64,000 nt of DNA from the NCBI GenBank assembly GCA_964616985.1, contig CAZTVF010000002.1, positions 25,114-89,113 on the forward strand, read 5' to 3'. Under the pieces are notes generated by a model. That model was not told the origin of the DNA, did no database searches, and saw nothing but the letters and a program-made list of their open reading frames with translations. Numbering within the stretch: position 1 is the first letter of the stretch; every line of letters begins with the position of its first letter. Positions 61,637 through 64,000 of this stretch are shown in pieces. The position numbers and the translations under genes were made by a program. Source of the DNA: an uncultured Planctomycetaceae bacterium. Its GTDB lineage: Bacteria > Planctomycetota > Phycisphaerae > SM23-33.

Positions 61637-63043
61637 ATGACAGGCAAGCCCACAGGCGGGCCGCTGATGCTCGCAGTCCTGGCGACTATGGCCGGCTGCA
61701 CCGCAGACATAGTGGATAAGGGCTGGCAGCCGATGAGGCCGCTGGGCAAGGACCTGGCCACCATGCGCCCACCGGTCGACTCCAAAGCGGATGCTCAGCC
61801 GGAGGTGGTCTCCGAGCCAACCGGCGCGCTGAACTTACGGCAAGCGCTGGCCTTGGCGATGCTCCACAGCCCCGACCTGGCCGGCGCATCATGGGACGTG
61901 CGGATGGCGGAGGCCCGGGCGATACAAGCCAGCCTGCCGCCCAATCCTGAGATTGGCCTTGATCTGGAATCGGTCGCCAGCCCTCGCGTCGTCGAAACCG
62001 TACTGTCGCTGGGGCAGGTTGTCTTTCTCAGCGACAAGCTGGCACGGCAGAAGCAGGTCGCCCTGCTCGACCGCGACATGAGCGGCTGGGACTGGGAAGC
62101 CCGCCGCGTCCGCGTCTACTCGGAAACCACCAAGGCATTCGTGGCACTGGTGGCCGCACAGGAGCGGCTGGCTTTGACCGAGGACGTCGTGGGCATCTCG
62201 CAGAAGTTCCTGGGCACCGCCGGCGAGCGGGTCCGCAGCGGCAAAACATCTCCCCTGGAAGAGATGAAATCCAAGGTGGAATTGAGCACACTGCGCGCGG
62301 ATATGGAGCAGGCGCGGCAGGCCGTGCTGGCGGCCAGGCAGCGGCTGGCGGCAACATGGGGAGGCACGAGCCCCACGTTCACCATGGCGGAAGGACGGCT
62401 TGAGGTGAAGGGCGCGATTCCCACCGTGGATCAAGTGTTCTGTCTGATGGAGCAGAGCCCCGAGGTTGCTCGCTGGACGACGGAGATGCAGCGTCGCCGG
62501 GCGGTCGCCCGACTGGAGGTGCGAAAGGCGATCCCTGACCTGACCATCGGCGGCGGCTTGAAGCGAGAGAAAGCGGACGGCGAGGCGGCAGTCAAGGGGC
62601 TCACGGTTGGCGCCTCGATCCCGATCCCGATCTTTGACCGCAACCAAGGCGGTATCAAGGAATCCCGCTATAGCCTGGCCAAGGGGCACGAGGAGCAGCG
62701 GGCAACAAGGGTCCGTGTCTTGACGGAGATCGCGGACGCATATCAATCGATGGCTTCGGCCCACGCTCGCTCGGCCATCCTGGGCAACGAGGTTGTTCCC
62801 GAGGCACAGAAGGCGTTTGACGCGGCGTCGGCGGGATATAACGAAGGCAAGTACCCATACCTGGATGTCTTGGACGCGCAGCGTACCGTTTTCGGCGCGC
62901 GGGCTCAGCACCTCGAGGCCCTGGCCGAATACCTGAGGGCCGTCGCTGACATCGAGGGGCTGGTCGGGCAGAGCATCGAGAGCATTGTGAACACCAAGGT
63001 AACCACACAGCACGCGACGACTCAGAAGTCGCAGGAGAAGTAG
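61637..63043 (+). CDS. TolC/CzcC-family outer-membrane efflux lipoprotein
   Basis: ATG 61637 follows AAGGAG (61625-61630). Lipobox 'LAVLATMAGC'. Two coiled-coil repeat halves have typical 'L.LRQALALA..HSPDL', 'IPIFDRNQG', 'Y..GK..YLDVLDAQR' elements. Confidence 0.8.
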   Translation: MTGKPTGGPLMLAVLATMAGCTADIVDKGWQPMRPLGKDLATMRPPVDSKADAQPEVVSEPTGALNLRQALALAMLHSPDLAGASWDVRMAEARAIQASLPPNPEIGLDLESVASPRVVETVLSLGQVVFLSDKLARQKQVALLDRDMSGWDWEARRVRVYSETTKAFVALVAAQERLALTEDVVGISQKFLGTAGERVRSGKTSPLEEMKSKVELSTLRADMEQARQAVLAARQRLAATWGGTSPTFTMAEGRLEVKGAIPTVDQVFCLMEQSPEVARWTTEMQRRRAVARLEVRKAIPDLTIGGGLKREKADGEAAVKGLTVGASIPIPIFDRNQGGIKESRYSLAKGHEEQRATRVRVLTEIADAYQSMASAHARSAILGNEVVPEAQKAFDAASAGYNEGKYPYLDVLDAQRTVFGARAQHLEALAEYLRAVADIEGLVGQSIESIVNTKVTTQHATTQKSQEK

Positions 63044-63044
63044 C

Positions 63045-64000
63045 ATGACCATCAACCGGAAACATCTCGGGCTTGGCGTCGCGGCAGTCGTGGCCGTTGC
63101 GGCCATCGTCGCTTGGATGAGCGGAGCATCTTCAGGCGGAACACGGCAGTGGCCAACCACGCCCCAGGCTGCCGAGGCGCAATGCGACTCGCATGGGTGT
63201 GAAGACCATGGGCAAGAGACCAAGGCCAAGCATGGTGACGATGACGGCCATGGGCACGGTCACGCCGATGCCACGGCCAATCTTGATCCAGAAGAGATCG
63301 AGAAGAAGATGTGCGAGCACAAGATCCGGCAGGTTGAATGCGATGAATGCCGGTACGAGTTGGGCGTGGTGAAGGTGGATCCGTCCGTGACCGGCGCTTT
63401 GACCAGGACGGCAGCAGTCCAGGAAGGCGATCTGGGCAAGACGTTGCGTCTGACGGGCGAGGTCCAATACGACCAGACGATGCTGGTAGACGTGTTGCCC
63501 GCTGCCGCAGGCAAGGTCGTGACCGTAAAGGCGCGGCTGGGCCAGAAGGTGCAGGCCGGCGAGGTCTTGGCGGTGATTCACTCCGGCGATTTCGGCCAGG
63601 CCAAGGCGGCATACCTGGAGGCGCATGCGGCGGCGAAGGTCTCACAGCAGGAAGAGAGCCGGCAGGCGGCGATCGCTTCCGCCCTGGAAAGGTTCGTCGC
63701 CTCTGCGAAGGACGGTCCGGAATCGGGCATCCCCGTTGAAACGCTGGGGGAATGGAAGTCCAAGCTGATCGGCGCGGTGGCGCGGCTGCGCCAGGCCAAG
63801 ACTGTCCTGGAGCGAGAGAAGTCGCTCGTGGCCAAGCAGGCATCGAGCAAGGCGGAACTGGAGACGGCCGAACGCGAGATGCAGACGGCGCAGGCGGACT
63901 ACGTCGCCCTCTTTGAGGAGATCCAGCTCAACGTCAAGCTCGACCGTCTGAAGACGGAGAGCGCGGCCAGACTGGCCGATGCCAGGTTGAACGCGGCCGA
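63045..64000 (+). CDS. RND efflux periplasmic adaptor (CzcB/CusB-like), 3' end outside window
   Basis: Open frame from ATG 63045, 1 nt after the upstream TAG, to the window end. It is absent from the ORF track because it has no stop. TM anchor 'LGLGVAAVVAVAAIVAW', His/Asp-rich 'CDSHGCEDHGQETKAKHGDDDGHGHGH', 'CEHKIRQVECDECRY', then the barrel-sandwich 'AAGKVVTVKARLGQKVQAGEVLAVIHS' and a coiled-coil hairpin. Confidence 0.8.
   Translation, partial: MTINRKHLGLGVAAVVAVAAIVAWMSGASSGGTRQWPTTPQAAEAQCDSHGCEDHGQETKAKHGDDDGHGHGHADATANLDPEEIEKKMCEHKIRQVECDECRYELGVVKVDPSVTGALTRTAAVQEGDLGKTLRLTGEVQYDQTMLVDVLPAAAGKVVTVKARLGQKVQAGEVLAVIHSGDFGQAKAAYLEAHAAAKVSQQEESRQAAIASALERFVASAKDGPESGIPVETLGEWKSKLIGAVARLRQAKTVLEREKSLVAKQASSKAELETAEREMQTAQADYVALFEEIQLNVKLDRLKTESAARLADARLNAA

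Noticed and set aside
63052-63843. 263-aa minus-strand ORF opposite the efflux adaptor gene.
   Set aside because: Its Pro/Arg/Ser-rich low-complexity translation is antisense to a frame with clear membrane-fusion-protein features.

Overview
High-GC (about 65%) window with a Planctomycetota-like gene content: many Cys-type sulfatases, a PEP-CTERM protein, a giant LEPR-XLL protein and dockerin-like repeats. There are five parts. (1) 1-12.5 kb holds an SGNH hydrolase, a beta-lactamase-family serine hydrolase and six tandem sulfatase paralogs on the minus strand. A frameshifted beta-helix ORF is translationally coupled to the last sulfatase. (2) 12.7-34.9 kb holds one 21.5-kb gene for a 7177-aa surface protein, preceded by a small PEP-CTERM protein. 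The giant protein carries an N-terminal LEPR-XLL motif, a roughly 1900-aa region I cannot assign, five beta-helix modules and a malectin domain. Its C-terminal part carries a NIDO-like domain, Ig-like and Calx-like modules, a dockerin-like pair and PT-rich tandem repeats. (3) 35-46 kb holds an esterase, two more sulfatases, a decayed sulfatase remnant and a glycan-degradation group (URO-D-family protein, PL22-like oligogalacturonate lyase, unknown jelly-roll-like protein, GH-like protein). (4) 47.6-60.8 kb is the most interesting part: a 15-gene minus-strand operon with start/stop overlaps at nearly every junction. It encodes a LexA-DBD::IS200-like regulator, a FabZ-type dehydratase, an inactive CLF-like ketosynthase, an active KAS II, a nitroreductase-family protein and an extended ACP. 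It continues with a FabG-like reductase, a second hot-dog protein, four radical-SAM enzymes (two zinc-ribbon type, two SPASM-like), a hexapeptide acyltransferase, an ICMT-family membrane methyltransferase and a NifS-rhodanese fusion. I read this as a candidate pathway for an undescribed modified lipid. (5) 61-64 kb holds a small Cys/His-rich ORF and the start of a czcCB-like heavy-metal efflux system. I saw no rRNA, tRNA or CRISPR array. The only transposase-like sequence is the fused IS200-like domain, which I rejected as a mobile element. Domain boundaries inside genes were placed by eye and are good to about +/-30 nt.
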